Assembly (NCBI RefSeq): GCF_006345805.1
Contig: NC_043000.1
Location: 71,734,001-71,798,000, forward strand
DNA: 64,000 bases
DNA from: Octopus sinensis
Taxonomy: Eukaryota
Direction: 5' to 3'
Part shown: in pieces, positions 33,540 through 47,417 of the stretch
How positions within the stretch are numbered: the first letter of the stretch is position 1
Layout: the number at the start of each line of letters is the position of its first letter
Made by a program: the position numbers and the translations under genes
Notes under the pieces: model-generated
The model's input: the letters and a program-made list of their open reading frames with translations, nothing else
What the model was told of the DNA's origin: nothing
The model's database searches: none

Positions 33540-36500
33540 ACAGAAGTGGAAGTGCAGCTTGGTGGGAAATATCAGTATGGGTGGGGTGGAATAAGATGTG
33601 GGAGATAGGAGTAGCTCAAGAATGATGGATCAAGAAATAGGGGGAAATTGGTGGGGCGAGGGGAGTACAGGAGTACATAAGAATGGTTAGAGTGAGTGGG
33701 GTATAGTGGCAGATACTAGAGGGCATTGAGAATGATAGCAGGTATTAGAAGTGTTATGGTGAAGTATGGTAGAGGAGAGAGAGTGTAAACTGGATGCACA
33801 GAAAGGAGGTGATCAGTGAAAATAGTGTGGGAAAAGGTGATAATGAGAATGAGGCATAGAAGTGGTATTAATATGTGCTGAAACTGGATAGATGTTAGGG
33901 GAAGGTGGGGGGGTAATGGAGATGGGATGTGGGATATGTTTGATGAGACAAAATGGGTGTAGGGGCAAAGCCCAGCATGCACAAGCATAAACAAAGGTTT
34001 TTAGAATCTCCTTTTTGCTGTGATGGAGAGATCTTCTTGAAAAGCAATTTGCCTCTTGTATTTCCATAGGTACAGCATATGGGATTTATACCTATCCTTT
34101 TCTGCATATTGAGCAAGGTTATTTCCCTGAAGATACTAGAGTTCTATTTTCTTTTCTGCTAAAACTTTAGTCCTTACTACGTTCACCTTGAGGCTCTTTG
34201 ATACTGGGTTTAACTTCCAGTCTGAATTTCGTTTCTTATTCCTCTGTAGACTCAGCTATTAGAACTAGATTATTAGCACACAAGATTTCCCATGGGCATC
34301 CAGTTTTAAACTTCTCTGTGTTAGCCTGTAGAACTATGATTTGAGGAGACTGATGTTTGAACCTTGATGGATTCCTACACTCATGCCAAATTCCTCATTG
34401 AAATTGATGCTTACTCTCACTTTACCTACTGTATCTTTGTACATAGCTTGTCCACACTCACAAGCCATATGACTACACCTAGTTTCCTTGATGACTACCA
34501 AATTACTGAGCATGACACACTGTCAACTGTCTCCTCCAAGATAATGAATGCTAGGAATAGTGGTTTACAGTTAGCCAAGTAGTTCTGCAGTTGACTTACT
34601 AGGAATATTGCATCTGTAGTACACTTTCTGGGCACAAAGCCAAACTGCTTCTCATTTTGCACTAACTTTCTGCATGGTCTTCATAACCTGGTCCAGTAAT
34701 TTGGTTCTTTCATAATTAACAAAAGGGTGGAGAGCAGCAGTGTAATGAGCCTGTAGATAAATGAAAGTGGTGCAATGATGTGTGGGATGAAAGAGAGAGA
34801 GAGAGAGAGAGATGTAGTGACAGATGGTGGTCATACACAGGGATGGATATAGTGAGTAGCAAAGTTAGGGGCGTTTATGGTAAATATTAAAGCAGATAAA
34901 AGAAAGTATTATGGATGAAGTATGGTGGTCATATGATGTAGTTCAAGGTGAAGGGAAAGATAACTGGTGGCACAAAAAGAAATGATCAGGCAAAAATAAA
35001 GTGAGAAGGGGTGATGTTGAAATGAAGGATGGATATCAAAAAGAAGTGGTTCCTAAGACAGGGATAACTGGTGGCACAAAAGATGGCACATGTGCTGTTT
35101 GTTTCTGATATATCTACAGCAGCTGAATAATACTGTAATTAGAAGAGTAATGGAAGGATGAGCATTAGGAAGAAGTTAGAAGAGGTGGGGAAGGCCTGAC
35201 AAGAACAGATTGAGTGTGGGAGCAAGGCCCAGTGTGTATTTAGACAAACATGGTGCTTTTAGGACCTTAATTTTGTTGTGGAGGATGGGTCTTCTTGAGC
35301 ACAGCAAAGCACCAACTCTTTCTTCTTTCATTTCCTCTGTGAGTCCTAACATCCTGAGTTTGATCTTCACTATTCTGTCTCATGTCTTTCTGGATCTATA
35401 TCTTTCATAGTACCATCCATATTCCTATCATTTCTTTATGTAGCATAGCTATTCATATACAAGCATCACGCAATCTGCCTTTCACTCTGAGGTAGAAACC
35501 ATTTGTTAACTCATAGCTTCTGCAGCAATCACCAGATCAGAGATCAAAGAATTCTTTTGAAGGCTTTCTTCAGGTCGAAGAATGCTAAGTGCAGCAGTTT
35601 TGGCTAAATACGTCTACATTACTAGAAAGAATACATCATTTAGTACTTCTCTGATATAAACTCGTAATCATCCAAGCTAATTCACCACTTAATCAATTGA
35701 GCTCTAACTGTTTCCATAACTTTTGTGACCTGGTCCAGCAAATTGGTACCCCCCTTTAAGGCATCTCCATTACCTTTGTGACAGTCGAATATAATGTTAT
35801 GCTAATTGTTGGGTATGATTCTTTCCTGCACAACCTGATTAGCTATACAGGGGACTAGGCCATATCCTACTCTGCCAGATATTTTAAGCATCATATAAGT
35901 AATTTCCAATGGACCAAAGGCTTTCCTTGCTGTCATATCCTTAATTGCTTTATCCTACTGCTGTCAGACCAGTTATTCTGGCTGGTCTCTCTGACAGGTT
36001 CACATTAGGAAAAGTATCTTTCTCTCATGCATTCTCCACATTTAATAGCCTTTCATAGTAGTACTTCTGATCCGTTGCGGATCCGTGGAACAAGCTGCCA
36101 GACGAGATGGTGAAGATGCCGACGACCGCTTTGTTCAAAGCCTCCCTGGACCTCAAGTGGCCTGAACTCTTTACATGAACACCACCCTGTACTTAACTCC
36201 ATGTCCCCCTACATGGCCTTGCTATTTGCTTTTGAGCCAAATTAACTAACTAACTAACTTCCCTGTCTCTTTCTTTTCAGAATCACTAATTACAAGTGCC
36301 CCATTATCCCTCTCTACACACTTCTATTTACAAAATCTTGATTTTCTGATACTCACACTGTAGAACATTAGCAAACTTCTTTCTGCAGCTCCTTTTGCTA
36401 AGTAAACCTATTGCCTAGCTTCTTTTCTCTGCTGCCCCCATTTTTCTTGTCTTTTCAGTCCTGTCACTTCTCTTATATAGCATTGTCTACCTTATTGTTC

Positions 36501-37620
36501 TACTTTGACATTATCCCTGGTCTGTCTGGAACTTTGCACCAAACTAGAGATGTTGTCTAATCTTCAATAGTTTGTCTCATAGGAAGTTCCAGTTGCTTTT
36601 TGTGCTCTTCACCTCTATATCTCTTTCCTTCTTGTCAAATACTTTGACTAGTATTTCTCTAAATGTCTAACTGTCCAATGGATCTTTAAGCTTCTATATC
36701 CTTTTCCAAACTTGTTTGCATATCTGAGTACTTGTATTTCTAAGCTACTAGCCATTAATGTTGGGTTGTACATTCTTTACAAGAGAAGGACTTCATATTT
36801 ACTAGTATCTGTCTATTCCATTCTCTGGTGAGAATGTAGTTAAACTGACTTGTATACATACCAAATCAGTGGGTGATCAGATGGTTGGAGTCCTTTCGTG
36901 TGCTGCTCAACATGTCCATTGAAGTCATCCGCCACAATGAAGTCATTGTCATTTATCATTGAGGTAAGCTGCAAAAGGGCCTCATAAAATTGTCTCCTCT
37001 GTTCACATGCGAGTCCAGTATTTCCAAGAAAAGGGATTATTGGTAGCACAAGGGAAAGGATTATGTGTAGCTCTGCTTCCATATAATTACAAAAGTTGAG
37101 AAATAATGTGATTAGTGGGTGAGGGAAGTGTTATGCAAATGAGTTGCTGGAAAGGCTTGACAGGTAGAGATTGGGTGCAGGGGCATAGACATTAGCAATA
37201 TGCTTTTAGGGCTTCCTTTCTGCTGAGCTCTTTTCAAGCATGGCAAATAGTCATTCACCCCAGTTATTTGTCATCTTGCCTTGTGAGGCTCAACAACCTG
37301 AGGTCAGACTTCACAACTTCTTTGGTCTATCTCTTCCATGAGTCTCATCCTTATTTAGTGATTGGTACTTCTCTATGTAGCTGTCCTCATCCATATGTAT
37401 CTTTTGCACATTACATCTGATGCCTCATGTGCTCAATTTTTTTCTCAATACATTTGTACTTTGTTGTACAAGTGCACTAATATTGGCACATCCAGCAGAG
37501 CATGTTTCTAGTTTTTGCATGTTCTCTGCATTCATAGCTCATGTTTCACCACCATGTAATATTACTGTTCATACACAAGCATCCTATAATCTGCCTTTCA
37601 CTTTGATAGATGCCTTTTGT
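33540..37620 (-). mobile_element. Cluster of degenerate RTE fragments (endonuclease, RT and UTR pieces)
   Basis: Contains FIVADDFNGHVE (36840-37082), GARPSVYLDK antisense to the RTE C-terminus, and purine-rich UTR-like tracts. Confidence 0.6.
36065..36262 (+). mobile_element. CR1-type LINE 3' end with (TAAC)n tail
   Basis: VADPWNKLPDEMVKMPTTALFKASLD...*, then taactaactaactaac. Confidence 0.75.
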
Positions 37621-37641
37621 TACTAACTGACATAAGGATTC

Positions 37642-39090
37642 ATAGAAGAAGTTTCGTGGGAATATTGAATTCACAAGCGGTCCCTGACATCCCGCATGCA
37701 TATCCCAAGTGATGGGACGCCCTGTTTGCTGCGGAGTCTCCACAGACGCAGGGACAGAATGACCTCGAAGCCGCCGGTTGCTGATCAGACGCCTCTTGGA
37801 ATTTTCACCAGAGCCCTGTTGGCCAGGCTGCTGTCCTAATACCGCTCGGTGCCAGACCAATCTGCTTTGGGTGGCCCTACCAAGAACCGAAGTTCCCGAC
37901 GGCATAGCTCTGACACTGCCTGTTTACACCACCCTACTGCTTTTGACTCGGTGGATTGGGAAGCCCTCTGGTGTATTATGCAGGCGGACGGTATCCCTGT
38001 GAAGCTGCTAAACCTCATACAGGGCTACTATCGTTCAGTGAGGGCTCATGTAAGGGTCTATGGCGGGGAGACGGAGTTGCTTGATGTCACTACCGATGTT
38101 CGACAGGGTTGTGCGCTTTCGCCAACCCTATTCATTTATGCCATCGATTACAGTCTCAACACTGTGCTTCGGGACTACTCGGGCGTAGAGGCTAGGAGAG
38201 AAGTCGCAGTGACGGACCTGGCCATCGCAGATGATATCGCGCTCTTGGGCTCTAACCGAGCAGATGTCCAAGATGCTCTCGAAAGGGTGCATGCGGCAGC
38301 GGCAACTGTTGGTCTTCGGGTCAATGCTTGCAAAACCAAAGTGATGACATCTCTGGTCACAGCAGATGAATGGCGGCCAATCGTTCTTGAGGGCATGGAG
38401 TTTGAGTATGTGGAGTCCTTCATCTACCTGGGTTCAACGGTGGTTCTAACGGGCCAGGGCGCAGCTGAGGTCGAGCATTGCATAGGTGTTGCCAGATTCG
38501 CATTCGTGTGCCTCAAGTGGTGCCTGTGGGACAGAAGAGAGATCTCAGTGACCAAAGGGTGAATCTAGCAGGCCGTCGTTCATACTGTCCTCCTCTATGG
38601 TTGTGAAACATGGCCTATGAGGGTAGCCAATCAGCGAAGGCTGGAGGTGTTCGACAATGACTGTCTCCGCTGCATTCTTCGCTGCCAACGCATTGATTGG
38701 GTTCCTACAGCCGGTCTTCGTCATCACCTGAATCTCCAGCCCCTCCCTTCAGTGCTTCTACAACAGCAATTAAGGTGGTTCGGTCATGCGGCCTGGCATC
38801 CAGAGGGTGAACTGATTCATGATGTCCTCCACTCACCTCCACTTCCCAGCTGGCATAAACACATGGGCGGGTAGCTGAAGACCTGGGCAACGACGATAAA
38901 GGAGGACCTCTCCGAACTCTCAGTTCCGCAGGTGGTCAGTCTGCGCAGATGGAACTGCGAATGGTTCGCTATCTCCAGTGACCTCGCACAGGACTGTCAA
39001 GCATGGGCCGTCATGGTTCGTGATGCTTTTAGGACCAGAGAAGAAGCTGGCTCAACCCGCTCTGGGTGAGCTCCATCACAAGTACAAGTA
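37642..39090 (+). mobile_element. RTE LINE, 5'-truncated, with apparent 5' inversion
   Basis: AFDSVDWEALW, VRQGCALSPTLF, IADDIALL, RWFGH; tail caagtacaagta. About 17-bp TSD aa(c/t)tgacataag(g/a)attc at 37625-37641 and 39091-39107. Confidence 0.85.
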
Positions 39091-39094
39091 AATT

Positions 39095-40330
39095 GACATA
39101 AGAATTCTCTGAACTTTCTCCTACTGGTTCATATTCTAGTAACTGTACTTTTAGACCACCCTCCTCCACTACTAATTTGGTTACCTTGATAACAGAAATT
39201 GTCTATTACCTCTAGGGATCTTCCTGGGCATTTGAGAAAATCTGTTTCCTCTGTGTTCTTAGTGTTAATTGTTCCTGCACATCTGCCACAGAGTCTACTT
39301 TCTCTATTAATCTTTCAGTGATTCCATTGCATTTCCACTGGATGGAATTACTATATACACCATTTCTGCATACAAAACAGAGCCATTTTCCTAAAGGGAT
39401 GAGCATAGTGTCTATTTTACTTCTTACTAGAACTTTGGTCTTTTTTAAGTTAACTTTAAAGTACCTTGATTCCAGGTATTGCCACTATACATGGAATTTC
39501 TTTTGTAATTTTGCTATAGATTTAGCTATAAGACACAGTAATCATCATAAAGGAGTTCCGTGAGCAAATGTTCTTAGACCCCTCTGTTATGGCCTGGAGA
39601 AGAATGATAAATAGGAGGGGACTGAGAACCAAGCCTAGGTGAACTATCTACTCACTAAATTTGTCACTGTACTTATTAACTCTCACTTTACTAACAGCTC
39701 TCACTAGCCATTCATGTACTTCTATGGCAAACTTCAGATCAGAGAGCGAGGGATCCTGTTAAAAGCGTTCTCTGGGTTGATGAAAGCCAAGTGGTTTACT
39801 TTTGGCTAAATACTTCTGCTGTTGCCTTTGTAGGCTTTCTGTTTAAAAGAGAGAATTAATGGTACTTCTTCCTGGCACAAAATCGAACTGTATCTCATCT
39901 AGTCTAACCCTCTTCCTAAGTAGCTATTCTATCACTATAAATTTCATGATCTTGTCCAGCAATTTGAAAGTGTTGTAATTACTTCTCTCTAAGGCATCAC
40001 CTTTACCTATTTAACAAATAAATGATGCTGTTACACCAGTCATTGGGTATGATACCTACCTGTACAACTTAAGTATCTACATAAGTGACTAGGCCATATC
40101 CCTCCACCAGATATTTTAAGCATTTTAGTGATGGGCCAGGGGCTTTCCCTGTCTTCATATCTTTAATTTGTTTTTATCTTTCATACTACTCTCAATGAAA
40201 ATGGTCTGTCCCTCTGTCAGGTTCACATTTGGAAAGATTGCTTTCTCTCTTGCATCTCTACATTTAGCAACCTTTCATAATAGTACTTCTATGATTTTTT
40301 TCAGAACCATTAAGTGCAAGTGTACCATTA
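39095..40330 (-). mobile_element. Degenerate RTE RT fragment
   Basis: ORF 39212-39406 (GKWLCFVCRNGVYSNSIQ) resembles the RTE PHD-like insert. Sequence resembles other RTE copies. Confidence 0.7.
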
Positions 40331-41080
40331 TCTATCCACACACACTTCTGTCTGTCTAACTGACCGTCTGTCCGTCCGTCCGTGTGTGTGTGTTTGCTGG
40401 GACTGGATTTTTATCTTTAGATTTGAAAGCTTTGTAGGCTTTCTTTTTAAAACAATGTTCTCTAGATATGGTGTATGTTTATATGAAACCTACTTGGTTT
40501 GATAGAATATATAGAAATAGTATCTCAAATCTAAGATATGTTTGTGACCATCATTAAAATTCAAAGCCTTTTGTATTATGTCTGAAAAAGCCTTTTTGAT
40601 TACTGAGTTAAAGAGGTGTTTTCTAACTGATTAGTGTTTCACCAGTGCTGTGTCCATGGTTTACATATTTAACATTCACTAACCTAGATACAGAATGGCT
40701 ATTAAGAGAAAGTACTTATCACCACTACTTCAAATTGTATAACTAATGCATACTTTGGTCAAATGCATTACTTGAATTAAGTTTCATTGAACTAAATCTT
40801 TGATAGACTAGACTCCTGTACTTGTGTAATGTAGAAGGGTCTGGTCTTGATGGAGAGAGAGAGAGAAATGACTCGAACACACACTTCCTTGAAATCTTAC
40901 ATAATTTTTTCTATCGCACAACATCTTCCAATATTAGCAGTAAAGACAAATAAGAAGGAAACTTACGATTGAAATAGCCTCCTAAAATCCAGATGACTTT
41001 GCCTCAGAATAGTTTCCAGATAAATCAAATTCCTATATTATATCTAAATATATTGAAAAATAGTAAACAAAGAAGCCTGT

Positions 41081-41084
<4 letters not shown>

Positions 41085-41131
<47 letters not shown>

Positions 41132-41497
41132 CTGTGTTTGTCCCCCTAGCATTGCTTGACAACCAATGCTGGTGTGCTTACGTCCCCATCACTTAGCGGT
41201 TCGGCAAAAGAGACCAATAGAATAAGTACTGGGCTTACAAAGAATAAGTCCCGGGGTCGATTTGCTCGACTAAAGGCGGTGCTCCAGCATGGCCGCAGTC
41301 AAATGACTGAAACAAGTAAAAGAGTAAAGATGCAGGAGTGGCTGTGTGGTAAGTAGCTTGCTTACCAAACCACATGGTTCTGAGTTCAGTCCCACTGTGT
41401 GGCATCTTAGGCAAGTGTCTTCTACTATAGCCTCAGGTTGACCAAAGCCTTGTAAGTGGATTTGGTTGAGGGAAACTGAAAGAAGCCTGTCGAACAT

Positions 41498-41531
<34 letters not shown>

Positions 41532-41712
41532 GTTTGTGTGCCTGTATTTGTTCCCTCCCACCATCGCTTGACAACCGATGGTGTGTTTACATCCTCGTAG
41601 CTTAGCAGTTTGGTAAAAGAGACCTATAGAATTAGTACCAGACTTACAACGAATAAGTCCTGGGGTTGATTTGTTCGACTAAAGGTGGTGCTGAAACGAG
41701 TAAAAGAGTAAA
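41085..41712 (+). mobile_element. Two tandem SINEs (3' half 41085-41330; full copy 41331-41712)
   Basis: Similar to 3821-4232. Confidence 0.85.
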
Positions 41713-41779
41713 GCATATGTCATAATGAAACCCTTCTAATCATGCTGGTATAGAAGAATAATTGTTAAAAGGATGATAA

Positions 41780-44700
41780 TCTCTCTCTTTATAAAAATTT
41801 TTGTCTGTCTATTCCCTATGCATTCTCAAATGGCTCCCCGAAACCAAATCAAATTTTACAAGGTAATAGTATTACACCCCGTGAGTGTGAACTTGTAATT
41901 TTTATTTTCATTTGTATTAAAACAATATAAAATTTTATCTCAAATAATCTTTCTATAGTAAAGGATATTTTATACAACAGCAACATCACATTTTGTATAT
42001 AAGTGTGTCTGTGAAAGCGTGTGTGTTTGCGCATTCATTACATATGACATAGTGAAGGATATTTTATACCACCACCACCACCACGGCACATTTTGTATAT
42101 CAGTGTGTATGTGTCTGAGTGAGTGTGTGTGTGTCTGAGTGTGTGTGTGTGTGTTTGTGTGTTCAATATGTACGAGATAGTAAAGGACATTTTATACCAC
42201 CATGACCGCCATGACACATTTTGTATATGAGTATGTGTGTTTGTGTGTTCATTACGTATGACATAGTAAAGGACATTTTACATGATGATGACACATTTCC
42301 TATATGAGTGTGTATGTATCTCTAAGTGTGTGTTTGCCTGTTCATTACATAAATGTATGTTTGTGTGTGTCTGTCTTGGTATATATGTGAGTGTGTCAGT
42401 GTATATGTCAGTTACACTGATGTAAACTGGCCATGTGAAAGAGCTATACTGGCTCCAACTAATGAAATGGTTGATAAACTCAATCATGAACTTCTTCAGA
42501 GGTTAACAGATACATCAGAAATGACTTTTCCATCAATTCACACAACAGTTGATCAAGATCAGGCTGTTCAATACTCTGCTGAATTTCTGAACACATTTAA
42601 ACCCACTGGAATGCCACCGCATAACTTGACACTAAAGCTGGATGTTCCCATTATGTTGCATAGAATCTTGACCCACCTTACCTGTGTAATGGAACTCACT
42701 TAATTGTTACTTCTATGAAGTAGAATTGGAAAAGTTTCAGGTTTGGAAGCAAAACTTGGAATCAAAAGGCCTTGAAGTTAACTTAGATAAGACTAAAGTT
42801 GTTGTTAATGAGAAAGGAGATAAGACTCTCATTCCAGCTGGCAAATTGCCCTGTTTAATATGTAGGAAAGGAGTGGGATGTAATTCCATTTGTTGCACTA
42901 AGTGTAACCTATGGATGCATAAGAGATGCAATGGAACCGTGGGAAGATTGTCAGATAAGTTTGCTTTTGTGTGTGGCAGATGTGCAGGAACATTAAGTAC
43001 TAAGAGCACGAGGGACTTAAACTCTCTCAAATGCCCAGGAGGTTCTCTTGAGGTAGTAGATAGTTTCTGCTATTTAGGTAACCAAATTAGTAATGGTGAT
43101 GGATGCTCTGAAAGTAATGTTTCTAGAATAAGAATAAGGTGGAGGAAGTACAGAAAACTACTATCTCTGTTGACAGCAAAAGGACTCACTCTTAGAGTGA
43201 AAAATAGATTGTATGATGCTTGTGTGAGAACAGCTGTATTACATGGTAGTGAAATATGGGTTCTGACTGTGGAGGAAATGCTTAAGCTGGAGAGGAATGA
43301 AAGTAGCATGCTCCATAGGATTTGCAACATCAGTGTGCATGACTGACAAAGCACAACTGTGTTGAGAGAAAAATTAGGCATAAGAGGGATTAAATGTGGT
43401 ATGCAGGAGAGGAGACTGCGTTGGTTTAGACATGTGATGCGTATGTGTGAAGACAGCTGTATAAAGAAGTGCCTGTCTCTGAAAGTAGATGGTACGTGTG
43501 AAAGAGGACAACCCAGGAAGACATGGGATGAAGTGGTGAGGACTGATCTTCGGATGTTGGGGCTCATGGAGGAAATGATAGTGGACTGAGATGTTTGGAG
43601 ATATGTGATCCTAGAGAAGACCTGTCCATGAAACTGAGTGCTAGAAGGGTTGTATCCCACCCACATGTAACAACACTCTTCACCCACTCTACCCTAAGAA
43701 ATTAAACTACAACTCTTCTAACTGCATTTTTCTTTTCTTCACATTTCTGCCTCATACATTATGATAGTTTTCCAATCCCCTTTCTTGCCCTCACTGCAGT
43801 GCTCACTGTATCACTGCTCCCATCACACCCCACCACCCACAGCCACTTCCAATTTTTCTAACCAGGTTCTACGCTCATATTCTTGTTACTTGTGAGTATA
43901 CCCTAGCACTACACTATCTCTCTTCTGCTCTCTCTTACACTTTTGCTGTTTCCTACTATTTCTCTTTCTCTTTGGTCACTCTCTCTCTCCTTCTCTTGTT
44001 TTCCCTCTGACTAGGTAACCAAGTATCATCTTTACACCAGCATACTTGTTTCTGGCCTCTTTCTGTACCTCTCTCTCACTGTGTAACCATGTACCTCCTG
44101 TATAGCAAGATACTTATTTCTACCTCTCTATTTCTCTGTTACACTGTAATCTTTCAGCATTTGATATTGGATCACCTCCTCTAATTATCTGTCTGTTGTG
44201 GCAAGACACCTGCTTCTGTCTCTTTGTCACACTCTAATTTTCATCCTCTGACACAAATGCCCTGCCCCTCTCATAATCTCTTGTCTTGTAAGTTACTTTG
44301 TTACCCTGCCAGTGCTGGTGCCATGTTAAAAGCATCTAGTTCACACTGTAATGTGGTTGGCATCTGGAAGAGCATCCATCTGTAAAAATCTTGCCAAAAC
44401 TATCTTCGCCTGTGCTAGTGCCATGTAAAAAGCACTGAGTCCACTCTACAGAGTGGTTGGTGTTAGAAAGGGTATCCAGCCATCAAATTCCTGCCAAAAC
44501 AGACACAGTAGCCTTGGGTAGATTTTCTACCTGACTGGCTCCTGTCCATGCATGCATGGAAGATGGACACTAAATGATGATGATGATATCCCATGTCCAA
44601 GAGGCAACTATCATAACAGGTAGTTACAAAGAAAATGTCTTTATTCCAAAATTTCCTTTCATACCTACAGACGTTCCATTTGAATTTAAGAGGTTTTAGC

Positions 44701-45077
44701 TTCCAGTCAAATTAAGTTTTGGTATTTCAATTAACAAATCTCAGGGTCAATTCCTCAAGGCAGTAGGACTTCATCTCTCTACTACATGCTTCTCTCACGG
44801 CCAACTCTATGTTGGTTGATCTGGAGTTGGAAGCAGCAACAATTTATTCATTTGGACACCAATAAAAATGTGCACAATGAATATTGATTACACTGAGGTG
44901 CTTCAAGATTGGCAGATTTTCAGTTCTAAATTCTACTATCATTACAATTTGGATATTTTAAAATAAAATATAGATATTTTGAAATAATTATGTGAAAAAA
45001 ATATATCTTCATATCTATTGTTTACTAATCTGAATAAGAACATCAGTAACCTGGGCAAGACTGGGTGATTCAGCTAG
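41780..45077 (+). mobile_element. Helitron with degenerate PIF1 helicase, interrupted by an RTE
   Basis: 5' A|TC at 41780. RAILAPTN...GMPPHNLTLK at 42410-42703. INKSQGQ...CFSHGQLYV at 44600-44850. Hairpin plus CTAG|T at 45077. Internal minisatellite about 41955-42340. Confidence 0.85.
42716..44590 (+). mobile_element. RTE LINE 3' half with complete about 950-bp 3' UTR and (gat)n tail
   Basis: ORFs 42726-43346 and 43359-43589 (RLRWFRHVMRM, GQPRKTW), then a pyrimidine-rich UTR, gtgcc units and tail. Confidence 0.9.
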
Positions 45078-46102
45078 TATATAATCTGTGAAAATGACAT
45101 GATCATTTGATTGCCTAAAATGGAACATTTCTGCACTTGATATGTCAGAATGGGAAAAATCAGTTATTACTAATCTCCATTATATAAACCCATCAAAATG
45201 GGTTTATATAATAGTATTTTCCTAATAACTCTGTATCTTATTATTAATCTAAGTGTGTATCCCTAAAATTAAATAAATAAAGCCATTTGTCTCATTTGGC
45301 TACACTTTCTAAATTTATTATTAGATACTTTCTGCTTCAGTTTACGTAAGTTTTTATAGTTGTAAACTTATAAACTTATAAAAATTTAAAGTAACTTTTT
45401 ATACCGTCTTACAATTTGAATTGGCTACAGTAAAAGAATGATAACCAAACAATAACCAAACAAAGTAACCAAACAATATAACTCCAGATTTAATTATATG
45501 TATGTGTGTTTGTGTGAATTTGTAAATAAAGGATGCATTTGATATAGGTTTATTGTTCTAATAATAACTAAGAAATAACAGCTATACCTGTTTAGTTTAA
45601 TAGCTGTTGTTAGCTCTGAACAGACTATAGCATATGAGCAGAGAATCAAACACTTGAATACCTTGTCTGTTTTATCGAGTTGAGTTTTCAGGTCAGGGCC
45701 ATCTGGTGTGAAGTTATTTGATCGTCCTCAGGTATTAGAACATTAGAACTTTGAGACAGCAGAGAAAAATTAAAAGCACAAGTTAGCTTTAAAACAGGCA
45801 ACTCAGGTGATAGGGTGTTGTCATTTTATTTTACAATTTATTCCTTCCTAATTACATTATTACTTATTCCTCAGACTTCTATAATTGTTCTATCTGACCT
45901 TGTTATAAATTTGCACAAATCTGAGGATAAATGCAATGATAAAAATATTAAAACTTAGGAAGGAACCCAGTGAAAATGTATAGGAAGATATTTGGGTTAA
46001 CTGTTATAAAAATATAACTATTTGTCATAAATGTACTGACATGGAAGGCAGATGTAATAGAAAATAACCAAGAAAAATATTTATGAGGTTAGTCTTAAAT
46101 AA

Positions 46103-46615
46103 TCTATATATATAAAACTGTAGTTGTGTGAGTGTCTGTCCCCTTCGATTTAGATTCCTAACTACTCCCACATTTTGCGGTGCAGTTTAACCAAATTCGA
46201 GTATCTTATAGTCGTGATTCATATCGAGCCCGTCTGAGTATTAGCGCGCGTCTACGATGAGTCTACGATTTTAAAAATAATTTAACATCATTTTTTATTC
46301 CATTTTAATGCATAATTTTTCGTGTGTCGATGGCGGCGGAGTTGGCGTCCATGGTCACACCTGCACCTGTTTGCTTCTCCCCCTTCTTCCCTCCCTCGTG
46401 AAGCTGTGGGGAAGGGAGTGTAAGGAAATCAACGTCGTAAAGCGTTGTCAAGGAGACCAGCGTTCTTTTAGAACAACGACTTCATGGCTTGAAGACACCA
46501 AAACAGAAATGGCTAAGAAAGCCTGAATTGGCATCTATAAGGGAAGTAACTCTCTAAAAATGCTTATATAGTTATTTCCCTTACAAACCCGAGCAACGCC
46601 GGGCGATACTGCTAG
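46103..46615 (+). mobile_element. Non-autonomous Helitron (513 bp)
   Basis: A|TCTATATATATAAAACTG start. Hairpin cccgagcaacgccggg at 46588-46603. CTAG|T at 46612-46616. Confidence 0.85.
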
Positions 46616-47417
46616 TTATATCTATAATCAAAAATTTGTTATTGTTAGACGTTTTCACATTTAAATTTCTTTTCATTACAAGTGATGATTATTTCATTGA
46701 AACAACTTGATAAATAAAACAATAACAAAAAATGGCTTACATTTAATGCCATCAAAACTGTCTCTCTGTCTCTTTATCTCACTCCATATTTCCCTTTGCA
46801 TAAACATTTAGTTCATATAATATAGTTTCATTATGGATTGTTGTTCACTTTGATCTTGTGTCTAGTTGAGTTTCAAATTGCTTGAGGTCATCTAAACTCC
46901 TTTAAAAGAGTTCCTACTTTAGACAACTCAACTGATAAATATTAAAATGTAGATGTTTACTATTCAAAACTGTTAACACCAAAGGTTATTTCTAATTGGT
47001 AATATCATCTAAGTCACCTTAACAGTCTCTCTATTGGTAAAAGGTGGTAAACCTGGTAACATGTTGGTGTACCTGATTATGTTGGTACCACTGGAGATGT
47101 TTTGTGGTAATGCTGGATAAATACAATAATTTATATAGAATTGTGTTAGTTTTATTTTGTTGCATGTTACTTCTGTAATTTTCTTGTGAAGGAGTATAAT
47201 TCATTGATTTTGAATATTTTACTATTAGTATTTCTGAAAATCTTGATGCTAAAGGAATATATCTGCAGATATGAAATATCATTTTCTTAATTTCTTTTTT
47301 TTTTTTTTTTTTGTTTCTTTTAGGTAAAATTGATGTTGTTTGGAATTTTCAACACTTCTGCTGAAATTTGACAATTTGTTCTTCTGCTGTCATTAGAGAC
47401 TTGGTAGCAATATTATA

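Noticed and set aside
40968-41030. Possible minus-strand exon NLIYLETILRQSHLDFRRLFQS before a gtaagt donor
   Set aside because: No partner exons or family could be identified; insufficient support.
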